DNA from: an uncultured Candidatus Saccharibacteria bacterium
GTDB lineage: Bacteria; Patescibacteriota; Minisyncoccia; Phycocordibacterales; CSBR16-119
DNA length: 64,000 bases
Assembly (NCBI GenBank): GCA_964557535.1
Contig: CAZLAD010000004.1
Coordinates: 19,039 to 83,038 of the forward strand
Reading direction: 5' to 3'
Part shown: one piece after another, positions 1 through 9,174 of the stretch
Numbering within the stretch: the first letter of the stretch is position 1
How the letters are laid out: every line of letters starts with the position of its first letter
Notes under the pieces: model-generated
What the model was told of the DNA's origin: nothing
The model's database searches: none
What the model saw: only the letters and a program-made list of their open reading frames with translations
Translations under genes and position numbers: made by a program

Positions 1-2419
1 AAGGTTTTTGATTTTTAATTTCTGTTATCTTGTAGAAAATTTTTGGATCTTCTAGATATAACGCATCATTTGGACAGTTGATGATGAAGTTCATGGCAGA
101 CATCGTCATCTGTCGAGTTCGTCCGGTTGTGTTTGGACTAATCTTACTTGGTGCTCCAAGCCATGGCTTGATAATCGTATCCCAGTGCAAAGCTTGGAAA
201 TTGTGAACGGCCTGAGTGGTCGCCCAATCATATGTTCCGTTTACAGTGAGTCCAGCATTCATGTATTCGTTTAGGAATGTCTGGAGAGCTTTGACTTCAC
301 TTTTTGTACTTCCAGTATCGTGATACTGAGTGAATTGAACACAAGCAGTATCAGTTGCACCCAAGACTTCTCCGTCAGATGAAATTCTACTTCCACTAGA
401 TGAAGAAGAACCACCGCCTCCTCCACCGCCGTTATCTTCATCGTCTCCTCCACCGCCATTGTCGTCTTCACAGTCTTCATCGATGGTTAGGGTTTTTACT
501 ACAACGGTCGAATCTTGTCCGTCGTTTGCTGTATAAGTAATCGTGTATACACCATTTGCACCAAAGACTATTGGATCTGGACTAACGACGTAAGTCAATG
601 TAACGGTGTCACCGTCAGCATCACTAGTTGTGACACCACTAGTAAAGTCAAACGATTCTGCTGACCAAAGAATACACTCATCAGCCAAGACAATCGCTGG
701 AGGATTATTGTCGTCTCCGCCCTCATTATCATCGTCGCACTCTTCGTCTAGAGAGTAAGTGTAAGTTGTAGAGAATCTGTCGTCGGCTGTTCCCACGCCA
801 AGGTCAAAATACGCCTTGTCGCCAGTTATCCAAACCAAATCTTCGTGTCCACCAGCTGCTCCCGTTTCCAACTTATTCTGTCCAGTAGCCGAAGTTAAAA
901 CTGTCGGAATACCATTGAAAAATTCAATGTATCCTTCAACGAATTCCTGTCCTGTCCCCTTTGGAAGATGACTTCCGTGAAGTTCTAGAACAATTTTATT
1001 GTCTGCTCGTCTCTTTACTGCAAGTCCAGAAACGTCGGCAAAATTTTCTATATTTTGCATGTCGGCCGGAGAAACTGGGAACCACGCACCGTCCGCAACA
1101 GTATTGATTGATGATCCTAGATAAATAGTATCAGTCAAATCTCCTGCTCCAACATTTGAGTGGGAAGTTACCACGACGCGTGCCCAAACGGCCTGAGATT
1201 CACAAGATGGATTTTCTTCTTCATTATCGTTATTTACAACACGAATTGTTCGAGTCTCCTGATCTGCCGTAAGTCCTTCGGAGTCTTCGACATCGTAAGT
1301 CACGATATAAGTTCCAAGCGTATTACAATCAACTGTTCCCGCGTATTCGATTTCACTTGTGATATCTCCATCCTCAAGATCATCCGCAGTAACTCCGTTT
1401 AAAATGAATGCTTCGTCACAAACAGTTCCAATAAAGACTTCGACAACTTCTGGAACAACTGTTATATCTGGTGGGGTGTTTTTCTTGCCACCGCCGTCGT
1501 CTTCAACACAATTTACACGAACGTCATCTAGAAACATTCCAAATGAATTAGCGTCGCCAAGATCAGCAAAAGTGATTGTGTGTGACGTTGAGTCAGCGGT
1601 GAAATTGTTGGTTTTCTGATACCAGTTTGTATCTGAGTCACCAACGCCGTTAGTCGTTACCGAAAGATCCCAAGGGAAACCATCTATATATAGACCGACC
1701 TTGTTGTCATCCATTCCGTATCCAGGTCGAGCAGAATAGAAGTATGAGATTTCATATTCCTGTCCAGGAACTGTGGTGATAGTTTGAGAGATTCGAGTTG
1801 AGGCAGCTTCGTTTGAGATTGATCCGCCAGGTCCGTCAAAATCAGAATCCAGTTCTAGATACTGTTCACCGGAGTGAGCAGAGTAGATTTGCTGTAGTTC
1901 GGCTTTGGCAGGAGTTTCGTCGCCAGAACCAGCTTGCCACTCAACATCCCAAGCCAAACCTGATGTCCCGTCAGCATAGATATTCCAACCACCAGAAAGT
2001 GTCGGATTTTCAAATCCGCCGTTTTCAAAAAGGTTAATTGAAACGTCACAAGATGGTGCTGGAGTAGGAGTATGTCCGCCACCATTGCCGTCACCAGAAA
2101 CAAGATCAAAAGACTCTGTTTCACTTTCAGAGCTAGTTTCTTCTGTTACTTCTATTTCTGTTTGTTCAACTTCGCCCAGAATTTCTGTTTCTGTTTGCTC
2201 TACCTCAGTCGAGATTTCTGTCTCTGTCTGAGTACCTTCGTCTGTGGTTTCGACTTCTTCAGTAGTTGGTTCTGTAGAAACTTCTACTTCTTCGGTAGTA
2301 TCAACGGCTTCTTGAGCTCTAGCGACTAGAGGCATAAAAGATGTCGTGATAGCGAATTGGAAAATGAAGAATCCATAAAAGACTGTCTTTGAAAGATTCT
2401 TGATCTTGATATTTTTCAT
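1..2419 (-). CDS. Large secreted surface protein, partial (C-terminus beyond left edge). It has a signal peptide, an acidic Thr/Glu-rich linker, a DUF642/CBM-like beta-sandwich, two Ig-like (DUF5011/HYR-like) domains and a C-terminal peptidoglycan-binding domain.
   Basis: Hand translation of the minus strand from the ATG at 2417-2419 gives an uninterrupted frame to position 1 (>=806 aa). The ORF track omits it because there is no in-window stop. The N-terminus MKNIKIKNLSKTVFYGFFIFQFAITTSFMPLVARAQE is signal-peptide-like. The linker is an ETE/QTE repeat. The C-terminal end carries GSTKSEVKALQTFLNEY...GTYDWATTQAVHNFQ, which resembles PG_binding_1. Confidence 0.7.
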   Translation of the reverse strand, partial: MKNIKIKNLSKTVFYGFFIFQFAITTSFMPLVARAQEAVDTTEEVEVSTEPTTEEVETTDEGTQTETEISTEVEQTETEILGEVEQTEIEVTEETSSESETESFDLVSGDGNGGGHTPTPAPSCDVSINLFENGGFENPTLSGGWNIYADGTSGLAWDVEWQAGSGDETPAKAELQQIYSAHSGEQYLELDSDFDGPGGSISNEAASTRISQTITTVPGQEYEISYFYSARPGYGMDDNKVGLYIDGFPWDLSVTTNGVGDSDTNWYQKTNNFTADSTSHTITFADLGDANSFGMFLDDVRVNCVEDDGGGKKNTPPDITVVPEVVEVFIGTVCDEAFILNGVTADDLEDGDITSEIEYAGTVDCNTLGTYIVTYDVEDSEGLTADQETRTIRVVNNDNEEENPSCESQAVWARVVVTSHSNVGAGDLTDTIYLGSSINTVADGAWFPVSPADMQNIENFADVSGLAVKRRADNKIVLELHGSHLPKGTGQEFVEGYIEFFNGIPTVLTSATGQNKLETGAAGGHEDLVWITGDKAYFDLGVGTADDRFSTTYTYSLDEECDDDNEGGDDNNPPAIVLADECILWSAESFDFTSGVTTSDADGDTVTLTYVVSPDPIVFGANGVYTITYTANDGQDSTVVVKTLTIDEDCEDDNGGGGDDEDNGGGGGGGSSSSSGSRISSDGEVLGATDTACVQFTQYHDTGSTKSEVKALQTFLNEYMNAGLTVNGTYDWATTQAVHNFQALHWDTIIKPWLGAPSKISPNTTGRTRQMTMSAMNFIINCPNDALYLEDPKIFYKITEIKNQKP

Positions 2420-2755
2420 AATAAAATATTTTTTAATAATAAAAAATTAAATTAATAAGCTAATTAAACTCTACAATCACAAGACAAGATTTTTAAAAGG
2501 TTTTCAAAACCCTTTGTCTCACCTGGCAATCTTTTTTTTTACAAATTCAAGCGTTAGATACGTTCGAATGTTTATGGCGGGATTATACACCGGCACATTT
2601 GCTTTGTCAAGCGATGCCCCAGAATACTTTGCCAATTTTACTATTTTTGAATTAACTGTCAAAAAGACGCTTTTCTGAAGATTTTAAATTAAAAGACATG
2701 CGCCCCCGGCTGGTGACCGGGGGCGCATCATGATGAGGGGGCATAACTCGCACAA

Positions 2756-3088
2756 CTAGTAGGTTCCTGCCAAATGCGGTCTAGCCTTGTCGATCACCCT
2801 TCTCACCTTCTCGGCACTAAATGGCGAGATGATCTTGTACAGACGGAAGGCCGACACGATGGTGACATCGGAGTACTTCTTTGGCCACCAAGCGGCGTGG
2901 CACATCCTCCAAAGGAAGCTACGCCTCGAGCCATTCCTGTTGCCATATGTCAACTTATGGTCGGATTTGCTCGGCAACACTACCGTTTTGTCGCTGGTTC
3001 TGGCCAAGGGCGCAGACACTGGGATCTTCATTGTTGCGGTGTGCATGAACTTGCGGGTTTTTTGTTTGTGATTGTTGCTGGTCCACAA
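2756..3088 (-). CDS. Hypothetical small protein (about 92-110 aa), GC-richer than its surroundings
   Basis: ORF track 110 aa. Visibly higher GC than flanking DNA. A perfect GC hairpin at 2700-2726 lies immediately 3' of its stop. Internal Met alternatives MHTATMKIPVS and MKIPVS are possible starts. No recognisable family. Confidence 0.35.
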   Translation of the reverse strand: MWTSNNHKQKTRKFMHTATMKIPVSAPLARTSDKTVVLPSKSDHKLTYGNRNGSRRSFLWRMCHAAWWPKKYSDVTIVSAFRLYKIISPFSAEKVRRVIDKARPHLAGTY

Positions 3089-3133
3089 AACACTATATCC
3101 AAGAATTTAATTTTTGTAAACTATCTAAAAGTA

Positions 3134-5008
3134 TTAACACCCCACCAAAATATTGGCATAAGCTGAAGTGGTGATGTACCACCAACCAGTCGAGTGATCG
3201 AGCGTCGGCCAAGGACGAATTATCTGACTGGAATATTTTTCTTGGAATCTTCGAACGGCCCTGTCGGTATCTTCTCCAAAAAATCCATCGACAGTCAAAT
3301 TACTACCGATTTCGTTATTTAAAAATTCCTGCATCTTCATAACCTCTTCTGGATTATTTTTGTTTGATTTCATTCGAAGATACGTTTTAAAGTACGGACA
3401 CGAATCATTTTTATATTCGATACTCAAATAATCTTCGAACATCCCGCCACGCTCATTGTAAAATCTGACATAAATTCTCTTGGCGCCAGCAACACACCCC
3501 ATCGATCCTTTACAGAGATCCCATTCGAGGTTTCTCTTGGTATATTCTCGAAAATAAATTTCTTTGTTGGAAAAATCTGCATTATTAGATATTTCGTAAT
3601 AAGTTATTGTGTATGGGGCCAACACAATCAAATCCACAAACCGAGAGTTTGTTCTTTTGGGATTACCCTCTATCATCACGTTCGGCATTTGAAAACCATA
3701 AATTGTTGATGCATCTGAGAGATTTTCGACGCTCTCATCTTCCTGATCGTAGATAAAGACATCAATTTTGCCGTTCGTGTCGTCCGCCGTCAAATTTGTG
3801 GCACTGGACAAAAATGCAGTATAGCGACTATCCGAGGAAACGGACGATGTCGAGGACGCACCGTTTCCAATCACATCAGAACTATTTTTACTTACAAGCT
3901 CGATAGTATCTGTATTTCTGTCATAAATAAACACATCAGAAACACCATTGGTATCCCCGTCTACTAAATTTGTCGCGTCTGAATAAAATGAAACGTAACG
4001 CCCATCAGGAGAAATCGAAACTTCTGACGATACTCCGTCACCGCCTTCACCATCGTTGTTCACACTCACACGTTCTATTTCTTCGGTATTTCGATCAAAG
4101 ACAAAAATATCAGATTGTCCCTCGATATCACCAGCAACCAAGTTGGTGGCATCAGAGGCGAACGCGATATACCGACCGTCTCCAGAAATGGCTGGGTTAT
4201 AAGAAATATTGTCTTGATCTCCAGCTATTGTTTTACTGACGAGTTCGGTTGTACCAAGCGTGCGATCACGCACATAAATATCTTGAAAAACATTTAGATC
4301 ATCAGCGTGAAGTGAAGACTGCGTGGCAAAAGCGACATATCGTCCATCGGTAGAAATGGCTGGTTCTAGAGACACCGCACTACCTTCTAATTCATCACTA
4401 TCAACACTCACGCGCTCCGTCACCCCAGTTTCTCGATTATGCACAAAAACATCGGCGGCCCCATTGGCGTCGTCATCAACCAAATTCGTCGCTTCGGATC
4501 CAAAAGTCACATACACACCGTCTCCAGAAATTTCAAGATTACTAAAGACGCCATCATCACCTGCTGTCCCATCAGTATGAACACTTACTCTTTCGGTGAC
4601 ACCAGTTTGTCGATCATGAACAAAAACATCCGAAAATCCTTCGACATCTCCCGCGACCAAGTTCGTGGCGCTCGAGTTAAAAGCAACATATCGTCCATCG
4701 GTAGAAATCGAAGGATCAATCGATGCGCCATTTCCAGGCGTCCCGTCAGTGTGAACACTCACGCGTTCTATTTCTTCGGTATTTCGATCGAAGACGAAAA
4801 TGTCAGAGGTGCCAGTATCTCCGGCAATTAAGTTTGTCGCAGTAGAAGCGAAAACAACATACCGTCCATCAGGAGTTATGCGGACGTAAGAGGAATCATT
4901 GTTTGCCTGAACTCCCAGATCGTTTACACTTGCACGTTCAACCGTCCCCGCCACGACGAAAAACGCTGGAATTGAAATAATTGCCAAAAGAAAAAATAGT
5001 GTTCGCAT
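3134..5008 (-). CDS. Secreted beta-propeller repeat protein (TolB/PD40-like repeats, DGRYVAF..ATNLV.GD.NG..DVFV.DR, about 9 copies) with a C-terminal peptidoglycan-binding domain
   Basis: 624-aa ORF. N-terminal hydrophobic signal MRTLFFLLAIISIPAFFVVAG. Regular 40-45-aa PD40-type repeats. C-terminus DGFFGEDTDRAVRRFQEKYS resembles PG_binding_1. Confidence 0.8.
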   Translation of the reverse strand: MRTLFFLLAIISIPAFFVVAGTVERASVNDLGVQANNDSSYVRITPDGRYVVFASTATNLIAGDTGTSDIFVFDRNTEEIERVSVHTDGTPGNGASIDPSISTDGRYVAFNSSATNLVAGDVEGFSDVFVHDRQTGVTERVSVHTDGTAGDDGVFSNLEISGDGVYVTFGSEATNLVDDDANGAADVFVHNRETGVTERVSVDSDELEGSAVSLEPAISTDGRYVAFATQSSLHADDLNVFQDIYVRDRTLGTTELVSKTIAGDQDNISYNPAISGDGRYIAFASDATNLVAGDIEGQSDIFVFDRNTEEIERVSVNNDGEGGDGVSSEVSISPDGRYVSFYSDATNLVDGDTNGVSDVFIYDRNTDTIELVSKNSSDVIGNGASSTSSVSSDSRYTAFLSSATNLTADDTNGKIDVFIYDQEDESVENLSDASTIYGFQMPNVMIEGNPKRTNSRFVDLIVLAPYTITYYEISNNADFSNKEIYFREYTKRNLEWDLCKGSMGCVAGAKRIYVRFYNERGGMFEDYLSIEYKNDSCPYFKTYLRMKSNKNNPEEVMKMQEFLNNEIGSNLTVDGFFGEDTDRAVRRFQEKYSSQIIRPWPTLDHSTGWWYITTSAYANILVGC

Positions 5009-5072
5009 TGCAAATCTATTTTAGCAAAGAAGCGACCTTTGACAGATAAAATATGGGGACAAAAATCTTCGG

Positions 5073-5145
5073 TGGACCCTAGGAGATTCGAACTCCTGAC
5101 CTCCGCTTTGCAAAAGCGGCGCTCTACCAACTAAGCTAAGGGCCC
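5073..5145 (-). tRNA. tRNA-Ala (anticodon TGC)
   Basis: The reverse complement folds as a cloverleaf: acceptor GGGCCCT/AGGGTCC with the diagnostic G3:U70 pair, D-arm GCTT-AGTTGGTAGAGC, anticodon loop TTTGCAA (TGC), T-arm AGGAGTTCGAATCTCCT. Only CC of the CCA end is encoded. Confidence 0.9.
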
Positions 5146-5184
5146 CTCTGCTCGCGAGCAGAGGGGCTAAGGGCCCTCCACTTG

Positions 5185-5439
5185 CTAGCTAATTGAATTC
5201 TTTATTCTCTTCTTAAGCTCTTTGTATCCCGCAGCAAAAGATTTTAGCATGTCTTCACGATGTCGTGCATCAGCTAAAGCCTTGTATGCCTCGTAATAAA
5301 CGAGCTCAAAAGGGGCTTTGTGTTTTGTCGAAAGATTCTTCTTTCCATTGTGTTCAGCAAAACGCCTTTTGAGATCATTTGTATACCCAATATATATCGA
5401 TTCGTCTACCCTGCTCTTTAAAATGTACACGTAAAACAT
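5185..5439 (-). CDS. GIY-YIG nuclease superfamily protein (UPF0213-like)
   Basis: 84 aa. MFYVYILKS...IYIGYTNDLKRRFAEHN is the GIY-YIG motif set. GC hairpin at 5146-5163 lies 3' of the stop. Confidence 0.85.
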   Translation of the reverse strand: MFYVYILKSRVDESIYIGYTNDLKRRFAEHNGKKNLSTKHKAPFELVYYEAYKALADARHREDMLKSFAAGYKELKKRIKNSIS

Positions 5440-5514
5440 AATTTGACAAGCAAACTACCCTAACGTAACGACAGGCAATATTCTATACAATTTTTTCCTT
5501 TTTGCAAAGGTGGT

Positions 5515-5542
5515 TTGACAATTATTCATTTCGGTGTAATGT
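5515..5542 (+). promoter_or_regulatory. Candidate sigma70-type promoter (TTGACA-N16-TAATGT) for the 5583 gene
   Basis: TTGACA at 5515-5520, 16-nt spacer, TAATGT at 5537-5542, about 40 nt upstream of the ATG. Confidence 0.3.
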
Positions 5543-5582
5543 TTTGGACGAACAACAATGTTCACCCTAAAACCTTTACGCC

Positions 5583-5936
5583 ATGAGCATGGAGAACCGC
5601 TTTTTCATCATCACTGAGATCGAGCCACACGGCGCAGAAGCCGTAGAGACCCTCGCAGAAGTCCAGGACTTCCTCGACAATGAACATTACCCTGAGGTCG
5701 AGGAAGCCGGTGGTCCGCGATTACTCGCCAAGATTGTGGTGAAAGGTGGTCCAAGCGATGCCGACGACACCATTACCTACGTACAAGAGATCCAGGGCGG
5801 CATCGAAGGATGGGACAAGTACAACAACGGAAAGCGCCCAGGGCTCAAAGCCAAGTTCAAGGCGAAGCTGGGAGAACGCATGCAAAGAGGAGACTTCAGC
5901 ATGAAACAGAAAGCCTCCAAAGGCATCGTGCTCTAG
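5583..5936 (+). CDS. Hypothetical acidic protein, GC-richer
   Basis: 117-aa ORF with coding-like composition. Followed by the bidirectional terminator at 5962-5981. No family recognised. Confidence 0.5.
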   Translation: MSMENRFFIITEIEPHGAEAVETLAEVQDFLDNEHYPEVEEAGGPRLLAKIVVKGGPSDADDTITYVQEIQGGIEGWDKYNNGKRPGLKAKFKAKLGERMQRGDFSMKQKASKGIVL

Positions 5937-5961
5937 TCAACAACACTGCGATAATTGAAAA

Positions 5962-5995
5962 GGCCCGCCGCATGGCGGGCCTTCTCATTTTATTT
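5962..5995. terminator. Bidirectional intrinsic terminator (GGCCCGCC-GCAT-GGCGGGCC plus T-run) between convergent genes
   Basis: Perfect 8-bp GC stem flanked by an A-run (left) and a T-run (right). Confidence 0.7.
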
Positions 5996-6550
5996 TAATT
6001 CTTTGTATCGAAAACACGTCGTCAGGTGGTCATTTACCATCCCAATTCCTTGCATAAAGGCGTAAGTCACCGTCGAACCGCAAAATTTAAATCCGCGGGA
6101 TTTCATATCAGCGGCAATTTTGTCTGACAGCGGTGTTGTCGCGCGCATATGCGACGAGTGTTTCAATTTATTTTGAATCGGTTTGTTATCGACGAATCCC
6201 CAAATGTATTTTGAAAATGTTCCAAACTCCTCGCGAACTTTTATAAAGGCTTTTGCATTTGCAACCGTGCCGGCAATTTTCAAACGATTACGTATAATTC
6301 CTGGGTCTTTCAAAAGTTTCGCCTCTCTCGCTTTTGTATACTTCGCAATTTTTTGCCAATCAAAATTATCAAAGGCTTTGGCAAAATTTTCTCTTTTATG
6401 TAAAACGATTCTCCACGAAAGCCCAGCCTGAAAAGTATCTAGCACGATGGCACGAAAAATCTTTTTATCATCGCGCTCTGGTTTGCCCCACTCCGTGTCG
6501 TGGTATTTCTGCATCAACACATCTTCCTCTGGCCACGCACAACGTTTCAT
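5990..6550 (-). CDS. tag: DNA-3-methyladenine glycosylase I
   Basis: 186 aa. WGKP...DDKKIF..L.TFQAGLSW.IVL.KRENF..AF..FD and the C-terminal Zn-site cysteines and histidine are typical of Tag. Confidence 0.9.
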   Translation of the reverse strand: MKRCAWPEEDVLMQKYHDTEWGKPERDDKKIFRAIVLDTFQAGLSWRIVLHKRENFAKAFDNFDWQKIAKYTKAREAKLLKDPGIIRNRLKIAGTVANAKAFIKVREEFGTFSKYIWGFVDNKPIQNKLKHSSHMRATTPLSDKIAADMKSRGFKFCGSTVTYAFMQGIGMVNDHLTTCFRYKELK

Positions 6551-7546
6551 CTATTTGATATTCCTAGAAATAAGATGATCGATAAATTCGGCTTCGGACA
6601 TACCAACTGATTCGAGTAAACTATGCATCGGCATCCCACGACCGAGAATTGGCACAGAGTCTACCTCCAAAACAAAAATTTCATCTTTTGGTGAAATGAT
6701 ATATTCGACAAGCGAAAAATCCGCGAGCCCAAATTCCCTGTGTATCTCGCGAGTCATATCTTCGATGCGTTTTTTGTATCTATCATCCTTGCCGACAATA
6801 TAGACTCGGTGAAGTCCCATTGGCCGAGGACCCGCTTTTGGCATGTCTTCCCTCGACAAGACTTCATGAGGTGGCATCACATAATGCGAATCATTTCGAT
6901 AATCTTCGAGAATTGCTGACACGACTTCTTTGCCCTCGACATATTCTTCGATCAAAATTTCGTTGAATATGTCGGCCAAGTGATCGAGAATCGAGATAAG
7001 TTCCGAAAAACTTGTGACCAGATATGTGTGTGTCGAAGCACTCCCCAAAATAGGTTTGACAATCCAACTTCCGCCAAGCTTTTTGAAAACTTCCATCGCC
7101 TTGCGACGGATGTGATTTAGTCTTTCGGTCTCGTCGTTGAATTTCCCTAGATCTTGGAGAACGACATAACGCGGAGTTTTAAATCCAATCGCCCGAAGAC
7201 GTTCTTTGGTGACTCGCTTGTCACCAGTGATAGAAGCCGGCAGAGAATCCGAACCGACAAATGGAATACTTTTGCTTTCCAAGAATTTTTGGATACGTCC
7301 GTCTTCGCCGTCGATGCCATGTAGACAATTAAAAACGACGTCGACGTGTTCGCCTAAATCGTCAGGGCTAAAAGGCACGCCGTTTTGATGCCAGACACCG
7401 TCTCGATCGACAAGTATGTCTATCGGACGATATTTGTCGCGTGAAATATGCGCGAGGACATATGAACCAGTCTCGATTGAAATATTATATTCCGGCCCAA
7501 GTCCACCGCGCAAAACGCCAACACGAGTTTTTTCTCGAATTTCCAT
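6551..7546 (-). CDS. ddl: D-alanine--D-alanine ligase (ATP-grasp)
   Basis: 331 aa. N-terminal VGVLRGGLGPEY...SI.TG, central ATP-grasp and C-terminal EVDSVPILG motifs match Ddl. Confidence 0.85.
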   Translation of the reverse strand: MEIREKTRVGVLRGGLGPEYNISIETGSYVLAHISRDKYRPIDILVDRDGVWHQNGVPFSPDDLGEHVDVVFNCLHGIDGEDGRIQKFLESKSIPFVGSDSLPASITGDKRVTKERLRAIGFKTPRYVVLQDLGKFNDETERLNHIRRKAMEVFKKLGGSWIVKPILGSASTHTYLVTSFSELISILDHLADIFNEILIEEYVEGKEVVSAILEDYRNDSHYVMPPHEVLSREDMPKAGPRPMGLHRVYIVGKDDRYKKRIEDMTREIHREFGLADFSLVEYIISPKDEIFVLEVDSVPILGRGMPMHSLLESVGMSEAEFIDHLISRNIK

Positions 7547-7561
7547 AGAAATATTTTAACA

Positions 7562-8761
7562 TTATTTCATCGACTTGCTGCGAAGGTGCTGGTGATATCT
7601 AACCGCGAATCTGTGTGCCTCGGCGTTGGCGAGGATGATGGATTTTTCGTGTTCTGTTGCAAGTTTTTTATTACCAAGAATTGCCTTTGGTTTATGACGC
7701 TCGTTTTTGACCACAGCAACAACTGTGATTTGCACGCCGAGTTCATTGAAAATATTTTCCACACGACGCTTCTGCGCGACCGACCCGTCGACAACTATGA
7801 GATTTGGATAAAGCCATTCCGGATGCCCAAGCCGACGTTTTATCACTTCGGCGAGCGCACCGACGTCGTTTGATTTGTCATATCCGCGAATCTTAAATTT
7901 TCGATATTCATTTTTGTCGGCCACGCCATCGGTCACGACAGTCATGACGCCGACCATGTTTGTGCCCGAGATGTGCGAGATGTCGTAGGCTTCGACACGA
8001 AAACCGGTCGCCTTTTTGACTAGATCATCTTTTTTGATAAGCGAAATATCATTCAAATGTTTCAAGGCGAGCAATTTTTGCTTTACTTTATTTGCCTCTT
8101 CAAAACGCATTTGTTTGGCCAAGCTCGCCATTTCCTTTTCCAAATTTTTCAGAAGTTCTTTTTTCTTGGCTTTGAAAAACAAAACGATGCTTTCGATATT
8201 TTTCTCATAAGCTTGTTTGGCTTCGATATTTGTCGAGTCCGGCGCAAGTCCAAGTTGTCGATAAAAAGTAAATTGGTCTTTTTTCACCGACGAATCATCG
8301 TGAAATGGAAAAATCCGCCGAACGATTTTCAAACCTTCGCGAATCGCCGGGCCGTTTGGAAAAGGACCGAATGTCTCTCGTAAGTCGTAAGTCGTAAGTC
8401 GTAAGTCACTTTCGCGTTCGAGTAAAACTCTTGGAAAATCTTCATCAGTGATGACCACAAAATAAAAACTCTTATCATCTTTTTCTTTGGTGTTATAAAA
8501 CGGACGGAACTTTTTGATCAGGTTCGCCTCGAGGATAATCGCCTCGAGGACAGAATCGGTTTCAATGTGTTCAACTTTCTTCGCAAGCGTCACCATATCG
8601 ACGAGAAGTGGTCCACGTGTTTCGATGAGATCATCGCCAAAATAGCTCCGCACACGATCGCGCAGAGATGTCGCTCGTCCGACGTACAAGACCTTGTTTC
8701 CAGACTTGAATATGTAGACGCCTGGACCATCCGGCAATTTTGGTAAACCCTTCTTTTTCAT
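7562..8761 (-). CDS. uvrC: Excinuclease ABC subunit C, short form (GIY-YIG + UvrBC-interaction + RNase H-like domain, no C-terminal HhH)
   Basis: 399 aa. N-terminal GIY-YIG (GVYIFKSGNKVLYVGRATSLRDRVRSYF). AYDISHISGTNMVGVMTVV matches the UvrC endonuclease domain. It ends before the usual HhH pair. Confidence 0.8.
   Translation of the reverse strand: MKKKGLPKLPDGPGVYIFKSGNKVLYVGRATSLRDRVRSYFGDDLIETRGPLLVDMVTLAKKVEHIETDSVLEAIILEANLIKKFRPFYNTKEKDDKSFYFVVITDEDFPRVLLERESDLRLTTYDLRETFGPFPNGPAIREGLKIVRRIFPFHDDSSVKKDQFTFYRQLGLAPDSTNIEAKQAYEKNIESIVLFFKAKKKELLKNLEKEMASLAKQMRFEEANKVKQKLLALKHLNDISLIKKDDLVKKATGFRVEAYDISHISGTNMVGVMTVVTDGVADKNEYRKFKIRGYDKSNDVGALAEVIKRRLGHPEWLYPNLIVVDGSVAQKRRVENIFNELGVQITVVAVVKNERHKPKAILGNKKLATEHEKSIILANAEAHRFAVRYHQHLRSKSMK
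8378..8407. repeat. 7-bp tandem repeat (TCGTAAG x4.3) inside uvrC coding sequence
   Basis: tcgtaag at 8378-8384, 8385-8391, 8392-8398 and 8399-8405, then tc. It encodes the LRLTTYDLRE segment. Confidence 0.9.
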
Positions 8762-8807
8762 AATTTTTATCTTACTTGGTTTTCCCCATTTTGACCAATA
8801 TCAAATT

Positions 8808-9014
8808 ATGCGTTATATTTTTGTCCTAAACCTCTTACCCGTGCAAGACGTAATCGAAATCTCAGTCCGCGAGGACATGAAAGCAAATGCCGAACTACTA
8901 TTGTACGGCATAGCGATGAGTGGATTTGGCGTGGCGCTGTTCTACGGAGCGTGTCATGTGATGTTCTTTATCGGCTCGCTCTTCAAGCGCGCCATACGAC
9001 AACGTGGTTTCTAG
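8808..9014 (+). CDS. Small hydrophobic (single-TM) protein, hypothetical
   Basis: 68-aa ORF with a TM-like stretch LLLYGIAMSGFGVALFYGACHVMFFIGSLF. A plus-oriented terminator follows directly at 9030-9066. Confidence 0.4.
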   Translation: MRYIFVLNLLPVQDVIEISVREDMKANAELLLYGIAMSGFGVALFYGACHVMFFIGSLFKRAIRQRGF

Positions 9015-9029
9015 AAGGAAGCCACAAAA

Positions 9030-9066
9030 GAAGCCCTGCGGATTTATTCGCAGGGCTTCCGTTTTT
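9030..9066 (+). terminator. Intrinsic terminator (GAAGCCCTGCG-gatttattc-GCAGGGCTTC plus T-run)
   Basis: 11-bp stem followed by CGTTTTT. Also readable on the minus strand, so a possible uvrA terminator. Confidence 0.65.
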
Positions 9067-9085
9067 AACTTCAAACCCAAGCGAA

Positions 9086-9163
9086 GTAAAATCTGAATTT
9101 TCTGAACCCGAGGACATAGTGCGTAGACACGCTCCCGGAGGGTAAAGAAAATTCAGATTTTAC
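9086..9163. repeat. 17-bp perfect inverted repeat (GTAAAATCTGAATTTTC / GAAAATTCAGATTTTAC) enclosing a 44-nt loop with an internal GCGT-AGAC-ACGC hairpin
   Basis: Arms at 9086-9102 and 9147-9163. Immediately 3' of the uvrA stop (9175). AT-rich stem. Confidence 0.8.
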
Positions 9164-9174
9164 GAAGCGATTTT

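Noticed and set aside
2774-3166. Plus-strand ORFs (2774..3166, 2787..3071) overlapping the GC-rich minus ORF
   Set aside because: Translations are Arg/Gly/His-rich junk typical of antisense frames of GC-rich coding DNA. The terminator geometry (hairpin 2700-2726 with T-run on the minus side) fits the minus-strand ORF instead.
8378-8407. Considered the heptamer repeat as a mini-CRISPR or other array
   Set aside because: It is a 7-bp perfect tandem with no spacers, inside uvrC. It is a simple sequence repeat, not CRISPR.
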